From NCBI GenBank assembly GCA_038087875.1, contig CM075991.1, positions 13,890,001 to 13,954,000 of the forward strand: 64,000 nt of DNA. The letters run 5' to 3'. The stretch is from Malacoraja senta (Eukaryota). Below are positions 1 through 12,163 of this stretch, piece by piece. The notes beneath the pieces are model-generated. The model ran no database searches, was not told where the DNA came from, and was given only the letters and a program-made list of their open reading frames with translations. The first letter of the stretch is position 1. Each line of letters starts with the position of its first letter. The position numbers were made by a program, and so were the translations under genes.

Positions 1-791
1 TTTGTCCTGTGCAGCGCCACCTGCTGCACGGGAGGAGCAATGGGTCCTCCCACCCCACACAGTCCACCAAACATCACATTCCCCCTTTCCAGGTTGAACG
101 TCCCCATTTAGCTGGACCTTGCTTCACTCTTTTTTCCAGCCTTTTTTGCGTTTCTGAACTCTTGCTAAAGGCTCAGAATCAACAGAGTTTTCGTCAGTGT
201 TCTCTTTTGAAGAGATATCAGTATTTGCTTTATCTGTATGCTGTTCTTTCTCCACTTGGCTGTAGTTTTTCTCGGCGGTCGTCAGCGTTTTGGATGCGAA
301 CGTGATTGGTTCTTCCTTGCCGTTCGGCGCCGTTTGTGAGATTACAGCTCCATGACCATACGGCGATGCATCGGCGGCCAGCGAGATCGGCTTCGATGGG
401 TCATAGTGGGCCAAACGCGTCTTCTGGGCGAGCATCTCCTTCAACCTGGTGAATGCGTGGTCACACTATTTGGACCAGTGCCATTCGACGTCCTGTTTTC
501 GCAGGTTATTCTCGCACTTGCTGACCATGTTGCAATCCGTGGTCGACGACAATGCCATAGTTGATCCATCGTAGATCAAGGTGTTCATGTCAAGCTTGAA
601 AGCAAGGATCCAGTCGATGGCGCACAGGGATGGACCTTCTTTACCAACGACGATCAGCGGCAACATCTGTGTCACACCATTACATACCAGATAAACTATA
701 TACAAAACATCTCCCGTTGTCCTGTGCAGTGCCACCTGCTGCACGGGAGGAGCAACGGGTCCTCCCACCCTACATAGACCACCAAACATCA
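1..791 (-). mobile_element. Internally deleted Gypsy/Ty3 LTR retrotransposon remnant (protease and RNase H fragments, PPT, two LTR pieces)
   Basis: ORF 124..444 has LAHYDPSKPISLAADASPYGHGAVISQ…EEPITFASKTLTTAEKNYSQVEKE (Gypsy RNase H). ORF 466..855 has a protease C-terminal-like LPLIVVGKEGPSL. Polypurine tract GGAAAGGGGGAA (79-90, minus) precedes TGT at 78. About 70 bp at 3-76 recurs at 718-791. Confidence 0.85.
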
Positions 792-1124
792 GAGTCACGT
801 TTCCCTTATCCCTAACCAGTCTTAAGAAGGTTCTCAACTCAAAAGCGGCACCCATTCCTTCTCTCCAGAGATGCTGCCTGTCCCGCCTGAGTTACTCCAG
901 CTTTTTGTGTCAATCTTCGGTTTAAACCAGCACCTTCAGTTCCTTCTTACACATAAACTATTTTGTTTATGTAAAGCACATGAACAATCATTCTGCAACA
1001 CTTCATTTTGCTGCAAAGGAGCAACATTTTGTGTTGATCGCACAACTGCTAAACGCATACATCCGTGATCCGTCACAACGAAGGTTTACTGTATTCTCAT
1101 TCCACCGTGTTGCCCCTCACCTAC

Positions 1125-1201
1125 CTCATTTCGATGACTTCTTGCCGACTGTCTTCATATTTTTGTTTCCACTCGTTTACTTCTATCTCCTTCCCAATAA
1201 T
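1125..1201 (-). CDS. tacc1: TACC1 77-nt exon, start of TACC coiled coil (IIGKEIEVNEWKQKYEDSRQEVIEMR)
   Basis: ttacag|ATT acceptor, AG|gtaggt donor. Closely matches recalled human IITKEIEANEWKKKYEETRQEVLEMR. Not in the ORF track; translated manually. Confidence 0.95.
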
Positions 1202-1535
1202 CTGTAACACGGAGAAACGTCATTAGAGACACCTTTAAAAAAAACGTTTAGTTTTAGAGACACAGCGCGGAGATACGGCCCTTCGGCCCGCCAGGTCCGC
1301 GCCGACCAGCGATCCCCGCACATTAACACTGATCTACATACATTAGCGACAGCTGACCTTCACTTCAGCCAATTAAAATGTTTTAAAAAAATTAAATTAA
1401 TTTCCAACACAAAGAAGTTATTACAAATATTAAAGTGTTTAAACAATTTCATTGGACTGTTCCCATGCAGTATCAACATGTAGTGAGGGCTGGAACGTTA
1501 CGCCAGAGATGGCGGTGGAGACGCACATGATAGTG

Positions 1536-1830
1536 GTTTAGTTTAGTTTAGAGATACAGCGCGGAAACAGGCCCTTCGGCCCAACAAGTCCGCACCGACC
1601 AGAGACGCCCTCACATTAACACAATCCTACACACACTAGAGACAATTTACACTTACACCAAGCCAATCAACCTACAAACCTGTACGTCTTTGGAGTGTGG
1701 AAGGAGATCTCGGAGAAACCCCAAGCAGGTCACGGGGAGAACGTACAAACTCAGTACAGGCAGCACCCGTAGTCAGGAGTGACCCCGAGTCTCTGGCGCT
1801 GTGAGGCCGCAACTCTATCGCTGTGCCGCC
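1536..1830 (-). mobile_element. HE1/V-SINE-like SINE
   Basis: Reverse complement of the same consensus. Confidence 0.85.
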
Positions 1831-2200
1831 TGCGCTAAGAAGCTTACGGATAGATACAGGGAATAGTCAGGGAAGGCAGATAAGAATTGGTCATGGCAAC
1901 ATGTTCGGCCCAGACATTGTAGACCGAAGGGACTGTTCCTCTTCTATATTGTTCAATGTTCCAAGAATGAGTAACTTTGTTCAATTTAACACAGCCATCA
2001 ACCCTTCACCAGTCCTGGCCAGAGGGCGGTGAATCTGTGGATTTCATCACCACATGACGGTGGAGGCCAAGTCAATGGGTATTTTTAAAGCGGATATGGA
2101 CATGGTCTTGATTAGTATGGGGGTTAATGGTTTACGGGGAGAAGGCAGGAGAATGTGGTTGCTGGTGATAAATAAATCAGTTATGATTGAATGGCAGAAC

Positions 2201-2506
2201 AGGGCGGCACGGTGGCGCAGCGGTGGAGTTGCTGCCTTACAGCGCCAGAGACCCGGGTTCAATCCCGGCTACGGGTGCTGTCTGTACGCAGTTTGTACGT
2301 TCCCCCCGTGACCGCGTGTTTTTTTTTCGAGATCTTCGGCTTCCTCCCACACTCCAAAGACGTGCAGGTTTGTAAGCTAATTGGCTTGGTACAAAATGTA
2401 AATTGTCCTGAGTGTGTAGAGGATAGTGATACTGTGTGGGGATCGCTGGTCGGCGCGGACTCGGTGGGCCGAAGGACCTGTTTCTATATCTCTAAACTAA
2501 ACTAAA
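2201..2506 (+). mobile_element. tRNA-derived HE1/V-SINE-like SINE, full length (representative of more than 20 copies in the window)
   Basis: A-box-like GGTGGCGCAGCGG and B-box GGTTCAATCCC head, V-SINE-like core (gtttgtacgttc…ttcctcccacactccaaagac), CR1-derived tail and (TAAAC)n. Confidence 0.88.
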
Positions 2507-3566
2507 CAGAAGTGATGGGCTGAATGGCCTGATTCTGCACCTATGCCTTAGGTTAGCGTGGTTAGGTGGGCTAAAAACCCACTGCAAATTCTGTAGAAAG
2601 GAACTGCAGATGCTGGTATATAACGGAGATTTGCACAAAGTGCAGGAGTAACTGAGCGAGAAAAAGGTTGGGTGACATTTCAGGTCGGGACCCTTCTTCA
2701 GACTGAAAGTGAAAGGGGAGGGGACTGGAGTTAAGAAAAAGTGACTGAGTAAGGGTGGAGCCCACAATGGCCCATTGTTGGCTGGGGTAGAGGTGATAAT
2801 GAAGAGAAACAGGGATGCGAACAGTGGAATTAGTAGGATGACGAGGGTGGCGGAGGGAGAATGCAGGGGTTATTTGAAATGAGTGGATGCCTGACCCGCT
2901 GGCCGCTGTAAATTGCCCTGCGTAGGTGAGTGGTTGAATCTAAAGGGCGCCAGGATTGTAGAGGTAATAAAGTGGGTTCGTGTAGGATTAGTGTAGAAAT
3001 AGGTGTCAGAGGGATACAGCATGGAAGCAGGCCCTTCAGCCCACTGAGTCTGTGCTATCAACCACCCATTTATACTAACAGGAGATCTTCCCCGTGGCTA
3101 TCAAGCTGTACAACTCCCCCTTCTGTCGTGGGGTAGATTGGCTCTTCCCTCCCCAATCTTTACACATCCCCCAATCCTTTCCACTCGTCACTTTAATTTC
3201 ATGCTCCATGTATCTAGTGTTTTATGACTGTTGGCAGACCAATTTCCCTCCTTGGAATAAATAAAGTTATTTTGTATCGTATTGTAACGTAACATCAATC
3301 CCATGCTTGTATTCTGGATGCAGTGTTGAGCGCTGGCCTCCCTCTGTATCGGGCCCTCAGGTACCCAGAGATGAACCCAGTTCATATGTTCATAAGTGAT
3401 AGGAGCAGAATTAGGCCATTCAGCCCATCAGGTCTGCTCTGCCATTCGATCATGGCTGATCTACGTCCTAACTCCATTCTACTGCCTTCTCCCCATAACC
3501 CCTGTCTACTGTACTGATCAAGAAGCTATCTATCTTTGCTTCAAAGACATCCATTGAGTCGTCAGT

Positions 3567-4032
3567 GTTCCCGGGATGGCGGGACTGTCATAGGTTGATA
3601 GAATGGAATGGCTGGGCTTGTATACACTGGAATTTAGAAGGATGAAAGGATATCTTATTGAAACATATAAGATTATTAAGGGATTGGACATGCTAGAGGC
3701 AGGAAATATGTTCCCGATGTTGGGGGAGTCCAGATCCAGGGGCCACAGTTTAAGAATAAGGGGTAAGCCATTTAGAACGGAGATGAGGAAAAACATTTTC
3801 ACCCAGAGAGTTGTGAGTCTGTGGAATTCTCTGCCTCAGAGGGCGGTGGAGGCCAATTCTGTGGATGCTTTCAAGAGAGAGTTAGATGGAGCTCTTAAAG
3901 TTAGCAGTGTCAAGGGATATGGGGGGAAGGCAGGAACGGGGTACTGATTGTGGATGATAGGCCATGATCACATTGAATGGCGGTGCTGGCTCGAAGGGCC
4001 GAATGACCTACTCCTGCACCTATTGTCTATTG
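3567..4032 (+). mobile_element. CR1 LINE 3' fragment
   Basis: LGLYTLEFRRMKGYLIETYKI…FTQRVVSLWNSLPQ, with a ctattgtctattgt tail. Confidence 0.9.
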
Positions 4033-4089
4033 TCAGTGTTGTGGGTTCTGCCCCGTGACTGAAGCGAGAGGGGACAGGGCCACTGGGCC

Positions 4090-4168
4090 GAGGGGGGAGG
4101 GAGGGTGATGGGGAAGGAGGGAGGGAGGGAGGGAGGGAGGGAGGGAGGGAGGGTGATGGGGAAGGAGG
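4090..4168. repeat. (GGGA)n low-complexity tract
   Basis: Direct inspection. Confidence 0.9.
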
Positions 4169-4176
4169 CAGATTAC

Positions 4177-4320
4177 CTCTTCTCTGATTAAGCTCAACAC
4201 CTCCGTCTTGTCCGCCTGAAGGCTGATCAGCTCGTTGCCCAGGGAACCTTCCATCTCACTCAGGAGAGCTTTGAAGGACAGGATGCTCTCACTGCTGCTC
4301 ATCTCGGCCGCTGGCATGTG
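4177..4320 (-). CDS. tacc1: TACC1 144-nt exon leading into the TACC domain (…ISLQADKTEVLSLIREE)
   Basis: ttcttctgccttcag|CAC acceptor, GAG|gtaatc donor, phase 0-0. C-terminal part matches recalled human SDKTAVLTLIREE. Confidence 0.92.
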
Positions 4321-4548
4321 CTGAAGGCAGAAGAACAGTTACCATAAGGTGGACACAAAATGCTGGAGGAACTCAGCGGGACAGGCAGCATCTCTGGAGA
4401 GAAGGAGTGGGTGACGTTTCGAAACGTCACTCCAGCATTTTGTGTCTACCTTCAATTTAAACCAGCATCTGCAGTTCCTTCCTACACAGAACAGTTACTA
4501 TAGATTCCCAGGATTTCCGATTTAATTAACCCTCTATCGGAAGGATGA

Positions 4549-5010
4549 CATAGAAACATCGCAACTTAGAAAATAGATGCAGGAGTAGGCCATTCGGCCC
4601 TTCGAGTCAGCACCGCCATTCAATATGATCATGGCTGATCGTCCAAAATCAGTACCCCGTTCCTGCTTTCTCCCCATATCCCTTGATTCCATTAGCCCTA
4701 AGAGTTCAATTTAACTCTCTCTTGAAAGCATCCAGTGAATTGGCCTCCAATGCCTTCTGTGGCAGAGAATTCCACAGATTCACAACTCTCTGGGTGAAAA
4801 CGTTTTTCCTCATCTCAGTCCTAAATGGCCTGCCCCTTATCCTTAAACTGTGTGACCCCTGGTTCTGGACTACCCCAACATGGGGAACATGTTTCCTGCA
4901 TCTAGCCTGTCCAATCCATTAAGAATTGTATCTGCTTCTATAAGATCCCCTCTCATCCTTCTAAATTCCAGTGAATACAAGCCCATCCGACCCATTCATC
5001 CATCATATGT
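4549..5010 (-). mobile_element. CR1 LINE 3' fragment
   Basis: Reverse-complement homologue of 3567-4032. Confidence 0.88.
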
Positions 5011-5189
5011 CATATGTTCAATGGTTCAACGTGTGTAGGAAGGACCAGCTGATGCTGCTTTCAACCGAAGATAGGCAAAAAGCCAGAGTAACTCAGCGGG
5101 TCATATCTTGCATATCTTTCATTCATTTGTTCTATATCTCTCTATCACCGTCTATATCTGGCATCAGACAACCTTCCCTGTCCCGCCTG

Positions 5190-5726
5190 CAACTGGCCCA
5201 AATGCCGCAGCGAGACTCCTGACGGGCACCCGAAAAAGGGACCACATCACCCCGATCCTGGCCTCTCACACTGGCTCCCTGTGTGGTTCCGAATAAATTC
5301 CAAGATCCTCCTTTATGTCTACAAAGCCCTTAACGGGCTTGCCCCAACCTACATTAAATGTCTGCTTACCCACCACACCACCTCCAGGCCCCTCAGATCG
5401 GCCGACTTGGGGTTACTGAACATCTAGGCATAAGCTCAGGGGCGACCGCGCCTTTGCGGTTGCAGCTCCTAGACTGTGGAACAGCATCCCTCTTCCCATC
5501 AGAACTGCCCCCTCCATCGACTCCTTTAAGTCGAGACTTAAAACTCATCTTTACTATCAAGCCTTTGACGTCCTCTGAGGGAGGGCTACATGTATGTATT
5601 TATGTATGTACTTAATCCATGAACCAATGTTGAATAACGTTAGTACCTCCACCAATGTAAAGCACTTTGGCCAACGAGAGTTGTTTTTTAAATGTGCTAT
5701 AGAAATAAAAGTGACTTGACTTGACT
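5190..5726 (+). mobile_element. L2-clade LINE 3' end
   Basis: NAAARLLTGTRKRDHITPILAS…GDRAFAVAAPRLWNSIP…SFKSRLKTHLY across frameshifts, then AATAAA and a (GACTT)n tail. Confidence 0.85.
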
Positions 5727-6121
5727 ATATCTCTCGATTCCCTCTCCCATGATTCAGTCTGAAGATGCGTCTCGACCCGAAACATCACCCATTCCTTTTC
5801 TCTGCCTGACCTGCTGAGTTACTCCAGCTCGTGTCCAAGCTCAATGGTGCAATAGTTCATTTTATGATCATGTGCACCAAGGTACAGTGACACAGATCAG
5901 TATGATTATTGCCATAAGTACAATCCCCAATTAAGTACCAAATGCATAGAAACAGCTGTTTCAGAAAGAACTGCAGATGCTGGAAAAATCGAAGGTAGAC
6001 AAAAATGCTGGAGGAACTCAGCGGGTGAGGCAGCATCTATAGAGCAAAGGAATAGGTGACGTTTCGGGTCGAGACCCTTCCTCAGACTGATGTGGAGGTG
6101 GGGGGGGCTATTCCTTTGCTC

Positions 6122-6708
6122 TGATGCAATTATAAAGAAAGCACATCAGCGCCTCTACTTCCTGAGAAGATTACGGAGAGTGGGTTTGTCAAAGAGGACT
6201 CTCTCGATCTTCTACAGGTGCACAGTAGGGAGCATGCTGACTGGTTTCATCGTGGCTTGATTCGGCAACTTAAGGATCCAGGAGCAGAAAAGGATGAGGA
6301 AAGTTGTGACCACTGCCCAGTCCATCACCGGCTCTGACCTCCCCACCATCGAAGGGATCTATCGCAGTCGCTGCCTCAAAAAGGCAGCCAACATCATCAA
6401 GGACCCACAGCATCATGGCCACACACTCATCTCCTCACTACCTTCAGGTAGAAGGTACAGGAGCCTGAAGACTGCAACGTCCAGGTTCAGGAACAGCTTC
6501 TTCCCCACAGCCATCAGGCTATTAAACTCGCCAACAAATAAACTCTGAACTGTAACAGCCTATTGCACTTTATCTGCTTATTTATGTGTATATTGAACTG
6601 AACTGTTGTATTTATGCTTACAATATCCTGTTGTGCTGCAGCAAGCAAGAATTTCATTGTCCTATCTGGGACACATGACAATAAACTCTCCTGACTTGAC
6701 TTGACTTG
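6122..6708 (+). mobile_element. Rex1/Babar-type LINE 3' end
   Basis: KKAHQRLYFLRRL…KAANIIKDPQHHGHTLISSLPSGRRYRSLKTATSRFRNSFFPTAIRLLN, with a tgacaataaa…(gactt)n tail. Confidence 0.82.
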
Positions 6709-6789
6709 GCACCCGCTGAGTTTCTCCGGCATTTACGTCTAGCATAGAAACAGCTGCTCAGTCTGCAAGATTCGCCAGGTTTTGGCAAG

Positions 6790-7240
6790 TGCAGAGCAGA
6801 TTTACAATGATGTTGCCAGGACTCCAGGCTCCATGCTACAGGGAGAAGATGGGCAGGAGGCTGAGGGGTGATCTTATAGAGGTGTATAAAATCAAGAGGG
6901 GGACAGACAGAGTGAATGCACAGAGCCTTTTACCCAGGGTCAGGGAATCCAGAACCAGAGGAGATAGGTTTAAGGTGAGAAGGGAAAGTTTTAGTAGGAA
7001 CCTGAGGGGCAATTTTTTCACACAGAGGTTGGTGGGTATATGGAACGAGCTGCCCAAGAAGTTAGTTGAAGCCTGTGCAATAATCACATCTAAAAGGCAC
7101 TTGGACAGGTACATGGATAGGAAAGGTTTAGAGGCATATGCACCGAACACGGGCAAATGGGACCAGCTTAGATGGGGAATCTTGGTCAGCATGGATGAAT
7201 TGGGCCGAAGGGCCTATTTACGTGCTGTATGATACTGTGA
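6790..7240 (+). mobile_element. CR1 (HER1-like) LINE 3' fragment whose tail is shared with the SINEs
   Basis: RRLRGDLIEVYKI…NFFTQRLVGIWNELP. The tail gggccgaagggcct…gctgtat matches the SINE 3' ends. Confidence 0.8.
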
Positions 7241-7525
7241 CCATTCTAGACCCTCTTTCGCACATTGCCAGTTTGAAGTTTCCTCTCTTCTTCTGGGAGA
7301 TTCAGGGTCTATTCGTGCCCACTGACGTACCATTCTCTCACCTGCCTAAAGCCCAAAGTGACAGGGAGATACAGCTGAGAACCAGACCCTTCGGCCCAGC
7401 GAGCTGATACCGACCACCAAGACCATCAAGCAATGGACAGCCCAGCAGCTCAGCACGTGAAGCTGCTGCCTCACAGCTCCAGAGACCCCGGTTCGATCCC
7501 GACCTTGGGTGCTGTCTGTGTAAAG

Positions 7526-7826
7526 TTGAGTTTAATTTAGAAATACAGTGCGGAAACAGGCCCTTTGTCCTACCGGGCCCTTGCTGACCAGCGATCACCC
7601 CTACACTAACACTATCAACACACTCTAGAGACAATTTACAATTTTACCAAAGCCAATTAACCTACAAACCCGTACGTCTTTGGAGTGTGGGAGGAAACTG
7701 GAAACTGGAAAACCCACGCGGTCATTGGGAGAACGTACAAACTCCGTACAGGCAGCACCCGTGGTCAGGATAGAACTGGGTCTCTGGCGCTGTGAGGCAG
7801 CAACTCTACCGCTGCGCCACCGTGCC
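7526..7826 (-). mobile_element. HE1/V-SINE-like SINE
   Basis: Same consensus, head at ~7826. Confidence 0.85.
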
Positions 7827-9747
7827 AGCCTCTGCTCACTCAGTTTCACTGAGTACTGCGTCTTATAGGTAGCTGCAAAATTATCATTGTGACAAAGTTC
7901 AAACAGGAGAGCTGGCTTACAAGAATAAAATTGCAGCTCTGATTTCAGGCTTTGATTGCCTGCGTGGGCCGGACGGCATCTCCATTTGAAGCTTTGTCCT
8001 GCAGCTAACCTTGTGCAGATTAAAGCAGTTTCAGACACAACCTTCATAATCTCGAGTTAATCACTGGTTCATCCTCCCAAGAGAAGCGCCTGTGCAAGCA
8101 ATGTCCGAAGAAGGGTCTCGACCCGAAGCGTCACCCATTCCTTCTCTCCAGAGACGCTGCCTGTCCCGCTGAGTTACTCCAGCATTTTGTGTCCATCAAG
8201 CAAACTCTGCAGATTCCCACCACTGTGCATCGTTCTGCCCAATGCCCACCATTCAATCGCTGTCACTAACAAGCTATCTGGCCATTGTCGATTCGATGAA
8301 TTAACAGTACGTTGGTTCGACGTAGTGCAGGCACTGGGAGGCATAGAGTGATACAGCGAGGAATCAGGCCCTTCAGCCCAACTTGCCCACACCGGGCAAC
8401 ATGTCCCAGCTACACTAGTCCCACCTGCCTGCGTTTGGTCCGTATCCCTCCAAACCTGTCCTATCCATGTACCTGTCTAACTGTTTCTTAAATGTTGGGA
8501 TAGTCCCAGCATCATCTACCTCCTCTGGCAGCTAGTTCCATACACCCACCACCCTCTGTGAAAAAAAGGGTGAGACAATTAATATTGCGCTACTGTGATG
8601 CTCAAAACTCTCATAGTGCAGAACGCAAGGTCGAAACCTATTCTAAATACTTCAAGCACACTGCACGGAAACAGGCCCTTCAGCCCAAGGTGTCCATGCC
8701 GACCAAAGTACCCCATCTACACTTGTCCCACCTGCCCGCGTTTGGCCATTATCCCTCTAAACTATTCCTATGAAATCTTTTCCCCGTCACCTTAAGCCTA
8801 TATCCTCTGGACCTCGATTCGCCTACTCTAGGCAAGAGACTCTGAGCGTCGACCCGATCTATTCCTCTCATGATTGTATACACCTCTCACCCCTCATCCT
8901 CCTGCACTCCAAGGAATAGATAAATCCCAGCCTACTCAACCTCTCCCCATAGCTCAGACCCGCTAGCCCTGGCAACATCCTCGTAATATTAGAAAGGAGT
9001 CAACGGAGCTCCAAATATCATTCAAGCTGCTCCAGAAATCAAACAAGGAAGAAAATTGCCTCTGCTGGTGGGAGCATACTGTGTGTATTTTGGTTGCCCC
9101 ATTTCCTGCACAGGTAGTTCTACTATCACCCGTATTTCCATAATGAACATTGAATTGGAGAACACTATTTGTATTATGCGGACCAAATTGGTAATAATAC
9201 GATTACAATCGAGATTATTTACCTAGAAAAGCATTTTAAAGTCACTTTGGAAAATTAACAAGTAGAGAAAAGGCTGTTTTGAGATATAAACAGAATAGAA
9301 GGGGAAAACTGTTTCCATGTAACCTCCCCGCAGCAATTAGACACGGTTGTCTATTAAGCTACCACTTTAACCATGGGTAGAAATTGCTAAGCAATCACTT
9401 CAATTGATTCCACAGCCAATAATGGACCATTGTGACCGATTTGTTCTAATTTCTTACCTTCCCCCTGACTCTCAATCTGAAGAAGGGTCTTGACCCGAAA
9501 TATCACCTATTCCTTTTCTCCAGAGATGCTGCCTGACCCGTTGAGTTACTCCAGCATTTCGCGATTATCAACGGTGTAAGCCAGCATCTGCAGTTCCTTC
9601 CTACAATTCAATTGATACTTATTCAATGATATTCTATTTAGCAATGTAAAATACAGCCTTTAGCATTTTTAATTATTTAAAAGATCTTTAGTTTTGAAAT
9701 TTCTGCAGGAAAATTAACTTTGTTATTGGAATTCTGAAACTCTTGAG

Positions 9748-10058
9748 TTTTAGTTTAGTTTAGATATACAGTGTGGAACAGGCCCTTTGGCCCACCGAGT
9801 CCGTGCCGACCTGCAATCCCCACACTTTAACACTATCCTACACACACCAGGGACAAATTATAATAACCTATTCACCTACAAATCTGTACCTCTATGGAGT
9901 GTGGGAGGAAACCGGAGATCTCGGAGAAAACCCACGCAGTCACAGGGAGAACGTACAAACTCCGTACAGACAGCACCCATGGTCAGGATCGAACATGGGT
10001 CTCTGGCACTGTAAGCGCTGTAAGGCAGCAACTCTACCGCTGCGCCACGCTGCCGTCC
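9748..10058 (-). mobile_element. HE1/V-SINE-like SINE
   Basis: Same consensus. Confidence 0.85.
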
Positions 10059-10208
10059 TCGTGAGAAAGATGCTCAGTATTTGAGAGGTCAAACCTCAAA
10101 AATTGAATTCCCAGTTGCAACATTTTTGTTCACATTCCCATAAGCTTGTGTTACTCTTGATAAAGATCTTTCAGATAGAAACAGTAAGATTTTTCAGAAA
10201 CTACTTAC

Positions 10209-10261
10209 TCCTGCTATGGCATGTGGTTCCAAGTGATCCAGTGCTTTTGAATTATTTAAAC
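10209..10261 (-). CDS. tacc1: TACC1 53-nt exon (GLNNSKALDHLEPHAIAG)
   Basis: ttttag| acceptor and |gtaagt donor. Phase 1 to 0 exactly bridges the 211-nt and 144-nt exons. Peptide similarity is weak, so the call rests on splice signals and phase. Confidence 0.82.
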
Positions 10262-10831
10262 CTAAAATTGAAGCAAAGACCTGTGTTATTTTGGTGCTCC
10301 GGTTTCCTCTCACATCCCAAAGACGTGTGGGTTTGTCCGTTAATCGGCCCTCTGTGAATTGCCCCCTAGTGTGTAGGGAGTGGATGAGAAAGTGGGAGAA
10401 CATAGAAATAGTGTAGGCCGGTGTTTAGTGTAGTTTAGGGATACAGCGCGGAAACGGGCCCTTCGGACGACCGCGTCCGCGCCGACCAGCGATCCCCGCA
10501 CACTAACACTGTCCGACACACACTAGGGACAATTTACAATCATACCAAGCCTATTATCCTACAAACCTGTACGTCTTTCTAGTGTGGGAGGAATCCGGAG
10601 ATCCCGGAGAAAAGCCACTCAGGTCACGGGGAGAACGAACAAACTCCGTACAGACAAGCACCCGTAGTTGGGATCGAACCCGGGCCTTTTTGCGCTGTAA
10701 CTTTACCGCTGCCGGGAAGTTATGCAGGGAGCGGTCTCCGCGGAAGGTGGAAAGGGGAGGAGATGGCAAGATGTGGCTCGTGGTGGGATCCCGTTGTAGG
10801 TGGCGAAAATGTCAGAGGATTACATGCTGCA

Positions 10832-11757
10832 TATAGAAACATAGAAACATAGAAAATAGGTGCAGGAGTAGGCCATTCGGCCCTTCGAGCCTGCACCGCC
10901 ATTCGATATGATCATGGCTGATCATCCAACTCAGTATCCTGTACCTGCTTTCTCTCCATACCCCCTGATCCCTTTAGCCACAAGGGCCACATCTAACTCC
11001 CTCTTAAATATAGCCAATGAACTGGCCTCAACTACCTTCTGTGGCAGAGAGTTCCAGAGATTCACCACTCTCTGTGTGAAAAATGTTTTCCTCATCTCGG
11101 TCCTAAAAGATTTCCCCCTTATCCTTAAACTGTGACCCCTTGTTCTGGACTTCCCCAACATCCGGAACAATCTTCCTGCATCTAGCCTGTCCAACCCCGT
11201 AAGAATTTTGTACGTTTCTATAAGATCCCCCCTCAATCTTCTAAATTCTAGCGATTACAAACCGAGTCTATCCAGTCTTTCTTCATATGAAAGTCCTGAC
11301 ATCCCAGGAATCAGTCTGGTGAACCTTCTCTGTACTCCCTCTATGGCAAGAATGTCTTTCCTCAGATTAGGAGACCAAAACTGTACGCAATACTCCAGGT
11401 GTGGTTTCACCAAGACCCTGTACAACTGCAGTAGAACCTCCCTGCTCCTATACTCAAATCCTTTTGCTATGAATGCTAACATACCATTCGCCTTCTTCAC
11501 TGCCTGCTGCACCTGCATGCCTACTTTCAATGACTGGTGTACCATGACACCCAGGTCTCGTTGCATCTCCCCTTTTCCTAATCGGCCATCATTCAGATAA
11601 TAGTCTACTTTCCTGTTTTTGCCACCAAAGTGGATAACCTCACATTTATCCACATTATACTGCATCTGCCATGCATTTGCCCACTCACCCAGCCTATCCA
11701 AGTCACCTTGCAGCTTCCGAGCATCCTCCTCACAGCTAACACTGCCCCCCAGCTTAG
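10832..11757 (-). mobile_element. CR1 LINE ORF2 3' ~0.9 kb
   Basis: ORFs 11255..11914 and 10931..11236 (LQGDLDRLGEWANAWQMQYNVDKC…[12 protein letters not shown]), with a (tttctatg)n tail. Confidence 0.92.
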
Positions 11758-11939
11758 TCATCCGCAAACTTGGAGATGTTGCATGCGACGGCTGATACGG
11801 TGAAAGGTGAGGACTAGGGGGGACTCTGTCCCCAGTTGCGACTGGGTAAAGGGGGAGCAAGGCGGAGCTGCGGGATATCGAGGAGACCCTCGTGAGTTTG
11901 AGGTGCAATTCCACAACTCCCTCAGCAGGGGACCCCTCC

Positions 11940-12108
11940 CCACCGTAACCCCCTCCCCCACCTCTCTAACCCCCCCCAACTCTCTAACCCCCTTCCCACC
12001 TCTCTACCCCCCCCCCACCTCTCTAACCGCCCCCCACCTCTCTAACCCCACCCCCCCACCTCTCTAACCCCCCCCCACCTCTCTAACCCCCTCCCCATCT
12101 CCGTAACG
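11940..12108. repeat. C-rich minisatellite (CTCTCTAACCCCCCCCAC)n
   Basis: About 8 imperfect 19-21-bp units visible. Confidence 0.9.
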
Positions 12109-12163
12109 CCTCTGGTCTCAGCCGTCTGGGGCGGGGGGGGGGTAGTTTTCACAGCGTCCCTAC

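Noticed and set aside
2201..2275. tRNA genes at SINE heads (A and B boxes)
   Set aside because: They are always fused to the SINE core and tail with no complete cloverleaf, so they are tRNA-derived SINE heads.
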